Notes under the pieces: generated by a model
Seen by the model: only the letters and a program-made list of their open reading frames with translations
The model's database searches: none
Told to the model about the DNA's origin: nothing
Part shown: positions 50,155 to 62,600 of the stretch, in pieces
How positions within the stretch are numbered: the first letter of the stretch is position 1
How the letters are laid out: every line of letters starts with the position of its first letter
Assembly (NCBI RefSeq): GCF_001194135.2
Contig: NC_068986.1
Coordinates: 24,415,663-24,479,662 of the forward strand
DNA from: Octopus bimaculoides
Lineage: Eukaryota
Direction: 5' to 3'
Length of the DNA stretch: 64,000 bases
Program-made: the position numbers and the translations under genes

Positions 50155-50683
50155 ATAAGGAGTTATGCTGGTCTATCGCTCAACTACACCCCACATATAA
50201 TAATGAAAAGAGTTGTAGTCTAGGGAGTTAGATGGCCAGATGTTAGGGGTGATGTGGTCGCAGGAATTATCTGACAGCCATGACTGGGTTCTCTTGCTTG
50301 TGTGGCATGGTGCAGAGTCCCGTTGCCCAATATAGAGTCTTCCGGCAGCCACCTTCTTGACCCATGGCAGCACTACCTCCTTCAGGCACTTGATGTAGGC
50401 CTCCGAGGTGAGTCTGAGGCTATGTGAGAATATGAATAGAGGCATAACGTCGCCATCACTAGTGATTACTCCAAACTCCATGATGTTGAATGGTTGTTTG
50501 ATTTTTATCACTCTCGGTACATGTCCTCAGATTGCACTGTCCTTAGATTGATACCCAAACAGTCTGAAATGTTTGTATTGGAGCTTCTGTCTTGAATGCG
50601 AAGCAGTACAACATGTTGTTTCCAAATTTCTGGCAGAGCGAATTGCGACATGTTACTCTTTTTCTCACAGAGTGTCCAACCGA
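50155..50683 (-). mobile_element. Tc1/mariner DD37D (maT-like) transposase remnant with internal deletion
   Basis: N-terminal MSQFALPEIWKQHVVLLRIQ...ISDCLGINLRTVQ is joined to KQPFNIMEFGVITSDGDVMP...YIGQRDSAPCHTSKRTQSWLSDN...WPSNSLDYNSFHYYMWGVVER (QQDSAPCH / WPPNSPDxNPLDY motifs). Confidence 0.88.
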
Positions 50684-50726
50684 GTCTACTATAGTTTGTA
50701 GTAATCATAAACAAACAATGCGCATA

Positions 50727-50830
50727 CTCGAAACGTTAAAGACTTTTTCACTTCGCGAGCGTTAAACTAATACATCTGTTTGTTGTCTACACCACCTGTC
50801 TTCGTCTTTTGTTTTCTTGTGAATTCTTCC
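50727..50830 (+). mobile_element. Hammerhead-family short repeat, copy 3 (5'-truncated within stem II), followed by TA-rich simple sequence
   Basis: ctcgaaacgttaaagactttttcacttc...aaactaatacatctgtttgttgtctacaccacctgtcttcgtc is the reverse complement of 17060-17160. Confidence 0.8.
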
Positions 50831-51440
50831 TATGCATATGCATATATATATAGATATATATATACACATAGGAAGGATTTATATATATAAACACACACAC
50901 ACACATACATATAAATACATATGCACGTATGTATGTCTAAAACGCGAGAAATTAAAACTGAGGGATAAGGAAGACACTTAAATTATATGAATATAAAATA
51001 AAGAGAAAATATATGCAGAGAAAAGATAAATGGGTTGCAGTTATGTTAAGGTTTAACTACGTAAAGATTTTAATATGTTAAGCATTTTTACTTTTTCTTG
51101 GAGTTCACTTGAAATTAGTTCTATAATAGACTTTGTGAAATATTTATGTATTTATTATTTACATTAACATGAGTTATAGTACGATTTTATTTTATCTAGA
51201 TAAGCCATGTTTATGTTTAAAATCTGTTCTGCGATATATTTTTGAAGAAACACTGCAATAGGTTTTTGAAGTAATAAGCAAAAAGAACTAAGTTAGTTAA
51301 AAACTAGAATTATTGATTTATTCTATTGACAGAAGACCAGAGGTTTGAAGAAAAATTTTATAAAATTCAGGTTGGGTTTTTTTTTGTGCTTAGGATAAAA
51401 CTCTTTTTATTTTTGTAGATTAATCTATTGACTTCTATTG

Positions 51441-51575
51441 AGGTGAGTCAGCAGATTTTGTAGTGCGTCGAACGGAATGCGGTGGTCTATTTAGATGGGA
51501 ACCTTTACATAGTGGAATCAAGTCCCATCGTGGTGGGCTTTGTCTTTCACCTTACCGTTAGTCGAATCGGGGCAA
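51441..51575 (+). mobile_element. SINE family B, strongly diverged
   Basis: gaggtgagtcagcagatttt...gcgtcgaacggaatgc...ctttgtctttcacctt is colinear with the family B head and body. Confidence 0.45.
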
Positions 51576-52309
51576 CCGACTTCTCTATGCCCAAAATGTG
51601 TGACTTTGAACAATATTAGAAACAACTATATTGATGACTTTATTTTCAGGTGTGTGAGGAGCGGGGATACGGTAAATGAGCAGACAAAACGTGTTATAAT
51701 TTATACTATTGGATGCTATTCATATTTTCTGTTCCGTGTTTTATTCCCGTGTGATACAACTTCTTTATTTCATCAGATTATGTACTAGAATCGATTCAAT
51801 CCTCTGAAATCCTCTTTAACAAACTGCAGTTTTGGATCAAAGAATGATTTCAGTGTATTCATCTACGCTAATAACAATGGGTAGGACATATATAGCTGGT
51901 TCAATCAATCGATTGAGTAATAATTATTTTATAGATACCGAGAGAAGTAGATTTAATCTGAAGCAAATGAGTACCTTCAGCGGAGACCAGATTGTTAAAT
52001 GCATTCGGTTTGGGTCATATTTCTAAGAGCATCGCGTCCCAGCAAGTCATTGTTGCCTCGAATGCACTCACAAGCGTTACCTTTCGTAGTCGGACTAAGC
52101 TTTAAAAAGCATATACTCATGGTGTTGTATTGTAAAATGAAGTTGGATGAAAATAAACATTCCGATCTTTTCATCGGACTTCATTTTTGTAGCATAGTTA
52201 CTCCGAAATATTCTAAAAGTTCTAACGAATTACCTATCTTTCTGTCCAAATATCTCTTTTTTTTTACACGCGCGCGCGCACACACACACGCATGCCCACA
52301 TACACACGC

Positions 52310-52310
52310 A

Positions 52311-52395
<85 letters not shown>
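52310..52395. repeat. (CT)n microsatellite with interruptions
   Basis: Direct reading. Confidence 0.95.
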
Positions 52396-52396
<1 letters not shown>

Positions 52397-52598
52397 GCTA
52401 TGTCTTTCACGTACCTACCGACTAACGCAGTTATGGCCGATCTTCATAATCTACACCTTTGCAATTTTCAAACTTCTTTCTCTCCTCTTACTCTTTACTC
52501 GTAACTCAACATGTTCTAAATTATCTCGAAGAAGGATCCATAATTTAATCTGGGACAAATTGCTTAAGGAAACATGAGCCCATTATTACTGACAAGGT

Positions 52599-52649
52599 TC
52601 ACTGCTAAGTGCACTTTCTCTGTCAGTGAGAAAGTGCACTTAGCGGTGA
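52599..52649. other. Near-perfect 22-bp inverted repeat with a 7-nt spacer
   Basis: TCACTGCTAAGTGCACTTTCTC (52599-52620) / TGTCAGT / GAGAAAGTGCACTTAGCGGTGA (52628-52649): 21 Watson-Crick pairs and 1 G-U on the + strand. Confidence 0.95.
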
Positions 52650-53737
52650 GAGAAAGCAGTGAAGGATGTGAGAGGTTAAGTATAAAAAAATGCAGACCTT
52701 AGATAAATCAGAATCATGAGAAGCTGCCAGGAACCATTCAAATAAGTACCTGAATTATGGTCGAGTTATCGGTAACTAAATGGAAAACTGCTGCTAACTT
52801 GCTTTGTAAGGAGGTGAAAATCGTTTCCGTTTTTTCTTTTGATAAACTGCGAGACTAGAAACTGAATCAGTCGAAGTGTGTTGATTAACTCAAGAGAACT
52901 AATCCCCCCATTTCAAATAAAATCTACAAATGCTTGTAAATAATAATGCGTTTGCCAGGCAAACATCGGCAGTTCATTTAACCAGTAAAAGATGGAACAA
53001 GTATTACAGGACCTGCATTAGCTAAATTTAGTCCGTTAGTAAGCTTGTGTCGACAATTTGTCTAGAGATGGTGTTTTAATGAAAGCAATGACTGCTACGC
53101 GCAACAAGATTGAGTAATAATGCGAGCGTAAGGCGGGTGAGATGTAGCTTACCAGAAGAGGAGCTTTTTTAAGCATAAGTGACAACCTTTAATATATCAT
53201 TTAAAAAAACACAGGTGTTAGTGGAACCTTAAAGCGATTATGATCGTATGTTTGTATGATGTGAAATTTATATTTACATAACAACGACGTTGTAAATGAA
53301 ACCGGAGTTTTGATGAAAGATTTTCGCCCAATAAGATTTCTGTGGAAGTGCAGTGCACATCGAGTCATCGTTTTGTTACTGCTGGGCTGAAAGTGGAGTG
53401 GAAACAGCAAATAAATAAAATGGCAATTGAATGCTTATTAAGAAGTAAACGAAGTAAGAGAAAAGTTCACAAAAGTTTGCAATGTTTGATGTCTCTAAAC
53501 TAAACAACAGCCCGCATGTATTATATATCAGAACAGAAAATACTTGTGTTTAAAAATTAAAAGGGAAAAGAAAAAGAAAAGAAAAAGATCCATCGAAAAT
53601 TACAAGAAACAACTGATCAAAGTCAAATGGTTGACATTAATTCTTCAGAGACTCAGAAGACTACAAATGATGTGGTTAAGTGGGAAAAGTATAATTCATT
53701 ATATTCATTTAAAATTAAGATTTTCTCTTTTTGGAGA

Positions 53738-54133
53738 GAGCACCGCCTTTGGTCGAGCAAATCGACCCCAGGACTTATTCTTTGTAAGCCTAGTACTTAT
53801 TCTATCGGTCTCTTTTGCCGAACCGCTAAGTTACAGGGACGTAAACAGACCAGCATCAGTTGTCAAGCGATGTTGGGGGGACAAACACAGACACACAAAC
53901 ACATACACACACATACACATATATATATATATATATATGTGTGTGTATATATATATATATATATACATATATACGACGGGCGTCTTTCAGTTTCTGTCTA
54001 CCAAATCCACTCACAAGGCTTTGGTCGGCCCGAGGCTATAGTAGAAGACACTTGCCCAAGGTGCCACGCAGTGGGACTGAACCCGGAACCATGTAGTTCG
54101 TAAGCAAGCTACTTACTACACAGCCACTCCTAC
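53738..54133 (-). mobile_element. SINE family A, well conserved, extreme 3' end missing
   Basis: Reverse complement colinear with 37397-37795, including the internal (TA)/(TG) tract. Confidence 0.9.
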
Positions 54134-55230
54134 ATCTATACATTGTCTACACATTGTCTTTAAGAACTAAAAATAAGCTTTAACTTTTTACATCGGGGCG
54201 TCTGTATTCTTCCACATTATCTGTTGGTCAGTGAACAAGAAATTTATGTTTAAAATATTGCTTTTTTTTCTTTTCTTTTCTTTTTTTCTTCTGTTTTGTG
54301 TGTGTGTGTATGTGTGTGTGTGTGTGCGTGCATGTATGTATTTTTGCGTGTGTATATATACATGACCGCAAAAGAAAGAAATAAAATCTGAATCCCCGCA
54401 GCTTCTTGAGATATTCCTAGCGAAATGACACTAATTTTAATTTCTTTTCCGGTATTTTTTCAAAAGTATTCCATTAACGAAATCACAAATAATCTTGACG
54501 ATGATGCTCATGACGATGGTGACAATGAACAAGAATGTGGGTGAGTACTTACTAAGTAACAATACGTTATTTATACAGTGATATATATGGAATTTTTATG
54601 TATCACAGAAACTGAAAAACCGGACGGGACAAAGTGTTATGCAAGTACCATCCATGAGTTTGATTCTGAAATATTTTAATCTTCAGTGATAGCAGTAAGA
54701 GAAAAATATATCAAGAAGAAATAATTTTCATAGAATATGAGAAAGGAATAGCATGGGATTGTGAAATTCGAGTTTTCTAATGGATTAGAGACTGAAACGA
54801 TTCTGGAAAGTCGTCATTATCATTACGTTTGTGTTTTTACATTTAGTATAAGAGGATATTCCCATTATGAAAACTGATTAAATCTATAGTTATGATAGGT
54901 GTGGCTATGTTTGTTTGTTTATGTAGTGCTTTTTTCTCTCTTTTTTTTTTTATTAAATGAATAGTGTAATGGCAGTAAAATTATATATAAGTTAAACGAA
55001 TTTTCAACCGAAAGTCTATTAATTTTCATTTCAACTCTTTTTCGATTCATTTCATCTATGTTATTGAATTTAATCTTTTAAAGCCGTTGGTGTCTGCTGA
55101 AGACGGTATGTCTAAGTAAATGATAAATGAGTTATATTTGTGTTTCTTGGGAAAAAAAACTATCTAAAATTACAAGTAATTTTTAATTCACCTCAGATGT
55201 TTCTTTGCCCAATGGTAATACTCACCGTTT

Positions 55231-55232
<2 letters not shown>

Positions 55233-55316
<84 letters not shown>
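55233..55316. repeat. (GT)n microsatellite
   Basis: Perfect run of about 40 units. Confidence 0.98.
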
Positions 55317-55318
<2 letters not shown>

Positions 55319-55574
55319 CGTTTTTGGTTGTAGCGCTTCTTGAAATTTTGTCGCGTTGTAGTTATGTGTTGATTAAGTATAGGCATAATGCTTCCTTACT
55401 TTTTAAAACAAAATCTTCGATGTGTGCTCATCATTTATTGAAATGCTTAATCCGTACATAATAAAAGTTATTGCAATAAATTTTATCAAATAACTTGAAA
55501 TACACAAAAATTCTTATTCTTTGTTTGCTTCTGTCGTCATTTCTATTACTTTCTCGTAATACTGTTTTCAAATT

Positions 55575-55715
55575 TTGGCATAAGCCTAGCAATTTAGGGG
55601 AAGGGATAAGTCGATTACCAAACGCTCAACTTGTACTTGTTTTATCGACGGTGAAACGATGAAGTCGACTTCGGCGGAATTTGAGCTCAAAGCATCAAAA
55701 CAGACGAACTTCTGA
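55575..55715 (-). mobile_element. SINE family B, 5'-truncated
   Basis: gtcgattacc...gtacttgttttatcgacgg...aagtcgacttcggcggaatttgagctc matches 36985-37075. Confidence 0.7.
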
Positions 55716-55776
55716 GCTCAAATTCTACCGAAATTTACTTTGCTTTTTTCATAATTTATGAGTTAATAGAATAATT

Positions 55777-55862
55777 ACCAGTCGAGCACTGGAGTCCAGA
55801 TGATCGACTCACGCCCTCCCTCGAAATTATTAGCCTTGAACCAAAATTTGAAACCGATATTA
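55777..55862 (+). mobile_element. SINE family B 3' end fragment
   Basis: taccagtcgagcactggagtc...atcgactcacgccctccctcgaaatt...ccttgaaccaaaatttgaaacc resembles 25485-25558. Confidence 0.55.
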
Positions 55863-56424
55863 TTGAATATATTTAGATGGCACAGCTCATTTAAATACAC
55901 TGTTGTTGATTATGATCGATCAAATTATTTTAAAGGTCATAATATTTTTCTCCTTCATATGTCATTTGTTAGCATGCAATAATCCCTGAAATAGAATAAT
56001 CCAACATTCAGTTATATATAGTCAGTATAGATTTAGTTGTATCCTGGGAGGCACATCATGCCAGCATAGACATTTTATTAAAGTGTTGTGAATAGATTTA
56101 TAGATAAGCATTTGATGTATGTAGAAGATAGAGCGTAGCACTAAATTCGTTCTACAATTTGCTACAATATGTCACCTGGTTTTAGAGGGAACTATTCTTA
56201 TCCGTTGAATGCCAGCTGTCTACTTGCAAACATCAGAGCACACCAAACGACACATGAAACATTTTATCCTGGTCTTCTTTAGCAAAATATTTCAAATTCA
56301 GAATCTAATAGAAAATACTTGTCTGGCTTCATTTACCACTTCTTAATAATATATAACCCATGCATAATATCAATCTCCATGTCTCAACTATTTCAAGCAT
56401 TAACTATAGCTCCTTTTAAAGTCT

Positions 56425-56625
56425 ACTAGCTGGTAGATTCGTTAGCACGCTGGACAATTGTATACCAGTAATACTTCCAGTTTTACATTCTAAGTTCAAA
56501 TGCCACCGAGGTCGACTTTGCTTTTGGGAGCACATAAAATAAGTACAAGTTAATCAGTGATGTCAATAGAAGTGAAGGTCATTCTCCTCAAAATTGCTCA
56601 CCTTGTGCCAAATATTAGAAATAAT
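56425..56625 (+). mobile_element. SINE family B, diverged near full length
   Basis: gctggtagattcgttagcacgctggac...aagttcaaatgccaccgaggtcgactttgc...aaaataagtac...ccttgtgccaaat. Confidence 0.7.
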
Positions 56626-56659
56626 TATCATTTGTGACTCACATGTGCATATGCATAAT

Positions 56660-56900
56660 GCACAGCAGGCAACTAAAAGTCATTGAAATCATTCTCTTGG
56701 ACACTTCCTAACCACGAGAATATTCTGTCATCAGGGTCGCCCAAAAGTTAAACAATGTCTTTGTCCACTGCACATGAAATGTGTCACCCACCTCCAAAAG
56801 TTCTGGTCTCTTTTCAAAAGGGTCTCTGCAAACTTTTCACTTTGAACATTTTGTAATGAAAACAGTTTCAAAACATCTCTCTTGCTGAGAAAGCTTTCTC
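56660..56900 (-). mobile_element. Possible hAT (Buster/Charlie-type) transposase C-terminal remnant
   Basis: Minus frame ERCFETVF...VCRDPFEKRPELL...KTLFNFWATLMTEY...MTFSCLLC resembles F.YF...W.RxPF...TLxxFW....EYP...F.TTYLC. Eye alignment, with stops. Confidence 0.35.
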
Positions 56901-58439
56901 ATTCGCATAATTTGCTTCTACGTCCATAATACTTGTGTTCAACTATATCTCCCTCCGAACAATTCCTCCTGCATTCGACTGTTTTCATCCTTACGTTTAC
57001 TTATGTGACACATCTAAATATATTAATAATTACGTCAACTTTGAAAACATCATTTCTATTAACATCAACTGTTAATATGTTACACTTTTACTCTATACAT
57101 TTTGCCAAACAACTCGTATTTTTATCTATATTAATTTTTCTCCTTTCAGTTTTCTCTCTCTCTCCCTTTTCCAGAAATGTATCCGAATATTTGGAAACAT
57201 ACCTCACTTTGTCCGCTCCGAAAGTAACCTCTAAACTAGAAAACCATCGACTTCTCTCACTCGCAATATCTGAATATATTGGAAATAATAGTAACCTAAC
57301 TAAACTCTTACAGAAGTTTCGATAATACGATTACTACAACAATCACTGTTGCCCATTCTTTTGAACGCAGTTCTAATCTAAATTCCATATCCTTCTCTTT
57401 ATATCAGAAACTTGCTGATTTTAAAAAACTTTCATTTATTTAGTCGCACTGCCGTGTCATTTATGTTTTGTGAGCCAACCCCACGAAAAACAAGCTGAGA
57501 ATACCGACGAATGTGAATTGGTGTAGTTTTCAATAAGTATCTTGTTTTTGTTGGTTAATCTGTTGTCTATTGTGGGGAGGTCCAATATTTGGAAAACATC
57601 CGATTAATTAGCTAACTCACAAGACAGCATTCAGTATGGAGAATTGAAATTGCGACTGGTTATGTAAAAAAAAAATACATTAGTATCTTATGACAGATCA
57701 TTAAAAAAAGAAACTACATAGATCATAATATAAATATTCCAATAGTGTATATAAAAAAATAGATCGGCAAGAAAAAGAGCAAATTGTAGATAAGATACAT
57801 ACTCTTGCTTACTGTGTAGCTATAAAAAAGAACTATTGTGGACATGTAACAAGTTTCAGTGAAATAAATATCTAAATGCTTGTTCGTCAGACCAATATAA
57901 ATATACATTTTATTATATTTTCAAATTAAATCATATCAAATTATATGATATAAACTAGATTGAGATAAAATGAAATATATCATAGCTTATATAAAATGAC
58001 TATATGCATATACGTACATACAAATATCTCTATGTATGTATATATTTGTGCATGTACAAACACTCACACATACACATGCATATATATTATATTATATGTA
58101 TGTATGTATGGAGACGAAAATATCGATATATCTTCCGTTTTAAGGAGAAATTTATTGATTTATTTTTTTTTTAGTAGTTTGTTATTTTTTCAGTCTGTTG
58201 CTTCCATGAAACATATGCTTTGATAAAATAGAATTATTCATTCCTTTATAGTTCAAATAATGTTTACTGTTTGCAAAAAACGGTATGTTTTATTTGGAAG
58301 AGGAAATATTATATCGAAGGACTGTCTCGTGAAGCTTCTTATTGCTAATAATAAAATAATGACACATGCTCTTATATCTATATTTCCTTCGTATCTGTCT
58401 ATCTATAGAAATGTGAGAGGGAGTGACTTCTCATCTATG

Positions 58440-58796
58440 CATGTGTAAATACATATACATAAAATATGTATGAATGTTTGAATGCCAACATAATCACACG
58501 CATATTCATACAAACTAGATCACATGCACACACGCACACACATACATGAATGTGTGTACATACATATATATATATATATATANNNNNNNNNNNNNNNNNN
58601 NNNNNNNNNNNNNNNNNNNNNNNNNNNNNNNNNNNNNNNNNNNNNNNNNNNNNNNNNNNNNNNNNNNNNNNNNNNNNNNNNNNNNNNNNNNNNNNNNNNN
58701 NNNNNNNNNNNNNNNNNNNNNNNNNNNNNNNNNNNNNNNNNNNNNNNNNNNNNNNNNNNNNNNNNNNNNNNNNNNTATATATATATACATATACAT

Positions 58797-58835
<39 letters not shown>

Positions 58836-58900
58836 TGTAAACACACCCGTGCAAGCACACACAAGCACACACACACACACACACACACACATAAACACAA
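58440..58900. repeat. (TA)n/(CA)n microsatellite field spanning an assembly gap
   Basis: Direct reading; the gap is at 58583-58775. Confidence 0.9.
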
Positions 58901-59645
58901 ATTTGTCAGAAGACATAAAAATGTTAGATTTGAATATATGTGCACATGAGTATTTGTGAATGATCTTGTATGTGTGTTAGCGAGTGTTTGGACGAGTACA
59001 AATGTTTGTGCGTTTCTGTTCGTGGATGTGAGCGTGCGTGCGGATGAGGGGAAAGTATGGGTGAGTAGAAGGAAAAATGAGAATATAGATAAACATGTTT
59101 CTGTGATTGGCTTTCTATTCTGTTGTGTATAAGCTTGTGCTTCTTTCTTCAAATATAAATATGAATATTATATCTGCTATGTAATTGTAAACTAATATCA
59201 AAGATAGCCATCATCATAAATAATATGAAAAAATATAACCATAACAATTTGAATGTGACATAATGTTTCACATAAAACTGAAAACAGATCGGGAAGAGAT
59301 ATTCTTTTTTTATGCTTACATATAAATATGATAGACTTCTGATATCCGATTTCAATGTAATATATGAATTCAATGAAAGCATATGTTGTTAATAATATGT
59401 CTCCAAATGTGAGTATTTCTTGTGTCTTAATGCAGTCAAAAACCCATCAAAGCTCTGGAAGGTGCTTCATTGAATGACAAGCATAGCTCTTACTGATCTA
59501 GCGATGTACAATGAAAGCTGGAAGAAATGTGTTCAGTTTGGCCATATAAAAATTAACTGATTTTGAAGTTGATTCGATAAAGAAAGGAAGATTGTAGAGT
59601 GTTTCAGCCAATGAGCCTTCCCTGTTTTGTTTTGTGTGTATGTGT

Positions 59646-59689
<44 letters not shown>

Positions 59690-62600
59690 ACACACACACA
59701 CATATATATATATANNNNNNNNNNNNNNNNNNNNNNNNNNNNNNNNNNNNNNNNNNNNNNNNNNNNNNNNNNNNNNNNNNNNNNNNNNNNNNNNNNNNNN
59801 NNNNNNNNNNNNNNNNNNNNNNNNNNNNNNNNNNNNNNNNNNNNNNNNNNNNNNNNNNNNNNNNNNNNNNNNNNNNNNNNNNNNNNNNNNNNNNNNNNNN
59901 NNNNNNNNNNNNNNNNNNNNNNNNNNNNNNNNNNNNNNNNNNNNNNNNNNNNNNNNNNNNNNNNNNNNNNNNNNNNNNNNNNNNNNNNNNNNNNNNNNNN
60001 NNNNNNNNNNNNNNNNNNNNNNNNNNNNNNNNNNNNNNNNNNNNNNNNNNNACCAAAACGCCTATATAACTAGAAATAAGAGTTAAAGACTCTTAATACT
60101 GCAACCAAATTTATAACTGAAGGATGTGTATCTGTTTTTACCAATGAATAGATCGATGGTTGTACGTGGGCCTTCTCTGTGTATTGAGTGTGGAGGATTA
60201 GAAGGTGATGCAAGCAGAGGAAGGAATGGTTACAGTAAAGGATACTGAGGAAGGTTTTGTGACGTAAGACTTGTGTTGATGTTTGTATATGTAGATGTCG
60301 GGGTGGGTAGTATAGATCATTCGTTTGACCTTAGTAAAGCTACTCTGTTGTCCAAGTTCATTATCTGACCTGACAAATAATGTTTTCTTAAAGGGTCCTT
60401 TTAATTAATTTTTAGCGGTACAGTGATATAACATACAGCATAGGAAAATAATGGTTTTATTTTTGTTAAGTTGGTTTATATCTTCTTCAGTTATTCCATT
60501 AGGTGTTAATGACGGTTAGTATCTTTGTGACTAAGGTCAAAGCGAAGAAGCATATTACCCTTCGTAGAGCGAAATGAAAAAAAAGAATTATTCCATATTA
60601 ACATCAGATCACCTCCATCTACGAAAAATATGATTGAATTTGTCGAACTTCGTTCTATAACTTAAATTCATATACTTAATATACTTATATATATATATGT
60701 ACATACTAATAGTAATGGTAAGACAACAAAGGAAATAGACTTCGATATTATGTAAATAGACGAATTTATCTGTAATATAATATGTGACACTTATTCGGTT
60801 GCCATAATAAAACTCCGAGTTTTAGATGTCTTATACTCGCTGCCTTGTACTCTTATATAGAGGCAGTTATATATAGAATAGTCACACACATTTTGTAGAC
60901 ACCCATTGCAAATGATAAATACTCTGAGTACATTGAAAACTTATCGTTTTCAGAATTTAAGTAAACAATATGTGTTTAGCCGCTTGGTTATAATGTTAGG
61001 CTCGTAATCAGAAATTTGTGTAGTTCCATTCCTGAAGTGTGTGTGATGGATTAAATCAAGGTATATTATTTTACGCTGATACAGTCTAATGACCTGCAAT
61101 GCTTAAATCATAGACTTGTAACACATTTAATAAAAGCTTGGTAGTCAATGACAAACCATATTCGCTAGCTAACGACGCTTAGCTATATGTTTTTGAAATC
61201 AGTTGTTGACACATCTTTGTAATGTTTTATGGAAAGCATCAATTTAATGATTTTCGCTAATATTTATAATACAGTTATTAATGATTAAGATACCTTTCAC
61301 AATTTTTTTCTATCGTTCCATCCATAATGTCATTTACAGAGCCTGTTTCTGTTTTCCCTGCTCCAACGAATGCGCTCTGAACAAATGTGTTCATATGCAA
61401 TGCTTCTGTGGATAGTTTAAGGTGTCGTACATCTGCTGACAACGACTTCAACAATATTCGATACTGCGTACAACTGTTCCTCATTTTCTTTCTACGAATA
61501 TAATATAAACGCAATGTTTACAGGGGCCGTAACATTCGGTGTTCGCTAATGAATTTAGAGATATGTTCTGTCGTACATTATACAGATGAAACGAAAAACC
61601 GTTAATACACCAGTAATTCAAATCTTAGTAAATATTTCAAAGTCCCTGCTGGTTATTTATATGCTGTACTTTCTTTGTAGATATCACGTTCCGATTAATG
61701 CATAAACGCAAAACGTTTTGGAAAAAAATAAATTTTTTCTTATCCCCAAATCGTTAACTACATAAGTTAATTGGATTTTTGACCAAGCAACACAAACTGC
61801 AGCATAAAGATGACGTGATTACAAATTTCTTTTTATGCTGCTTGTCAAAATGCCATGTACGTATAATATCGTATAAAGTATATTGAATCGAATAGGTTTT
61901 TTTTTTTCTCATTTGAATGTCTACTTTAACCGCGAACGTCTTTGAGAATTGTAAATATTTACAACTTTCAGAAAACCCTTCCATCTGACACTTAGAGTTT
62001 GCTGCAAAACCAATGACTCAAACAAATCTAGTATGATGTGGAAGAGTACTTGACCAATGCCCGCGAATTGAGTCCAAGCTGTCATTTCGCTTCGGTTGAC
62101 TACTGTTGTTTAACTCTAGACAAGCTGTACAGGATCGATATCATATCTATGAAGAAGGCTACCTCTTAATGTGGTTACGTAGGTAATTGCAATTGGACGA
62201 TATCAATTTTCTAGCCAATATATTGATAGGTTTTGTATATATATTGGAAGGTTTTGTATATATGCAATGTATCAATAAGAGACATACTTAAAAACTTCGA
62301 TCAGTTAAATTACTTTGAAATTCTGCTCAACTTTGAAGAAGTTACCCTTACGTACATCACAAATGACTATATCTCCCGAAACTTCGGATTAGAACAGGCT
62401 AAAGTTTCCCAAATCTTCTACTGCCTCAATGCCATTATAAATCATCATAAATGCTTTAAAGATATTCGCATGATACTTCTAACTGATCACTAAAGAAAAC
62501 TAAATCATCCTAAGTACTCCTCTGTGAACTAAATATTGTCGACACATCATCACTGGCTTTTGCAGATTTGGGATTTTAATCTACTACGTCAACAATATGA

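Noticed and set aside
62233-62493. 86-aa plus ORF (NFDQLNYFEILLNFEEVTL...)
   Set aside because: No recognisable motif, non-ATG start and no clear splice boundaries; within chance for AT-rich DNA.
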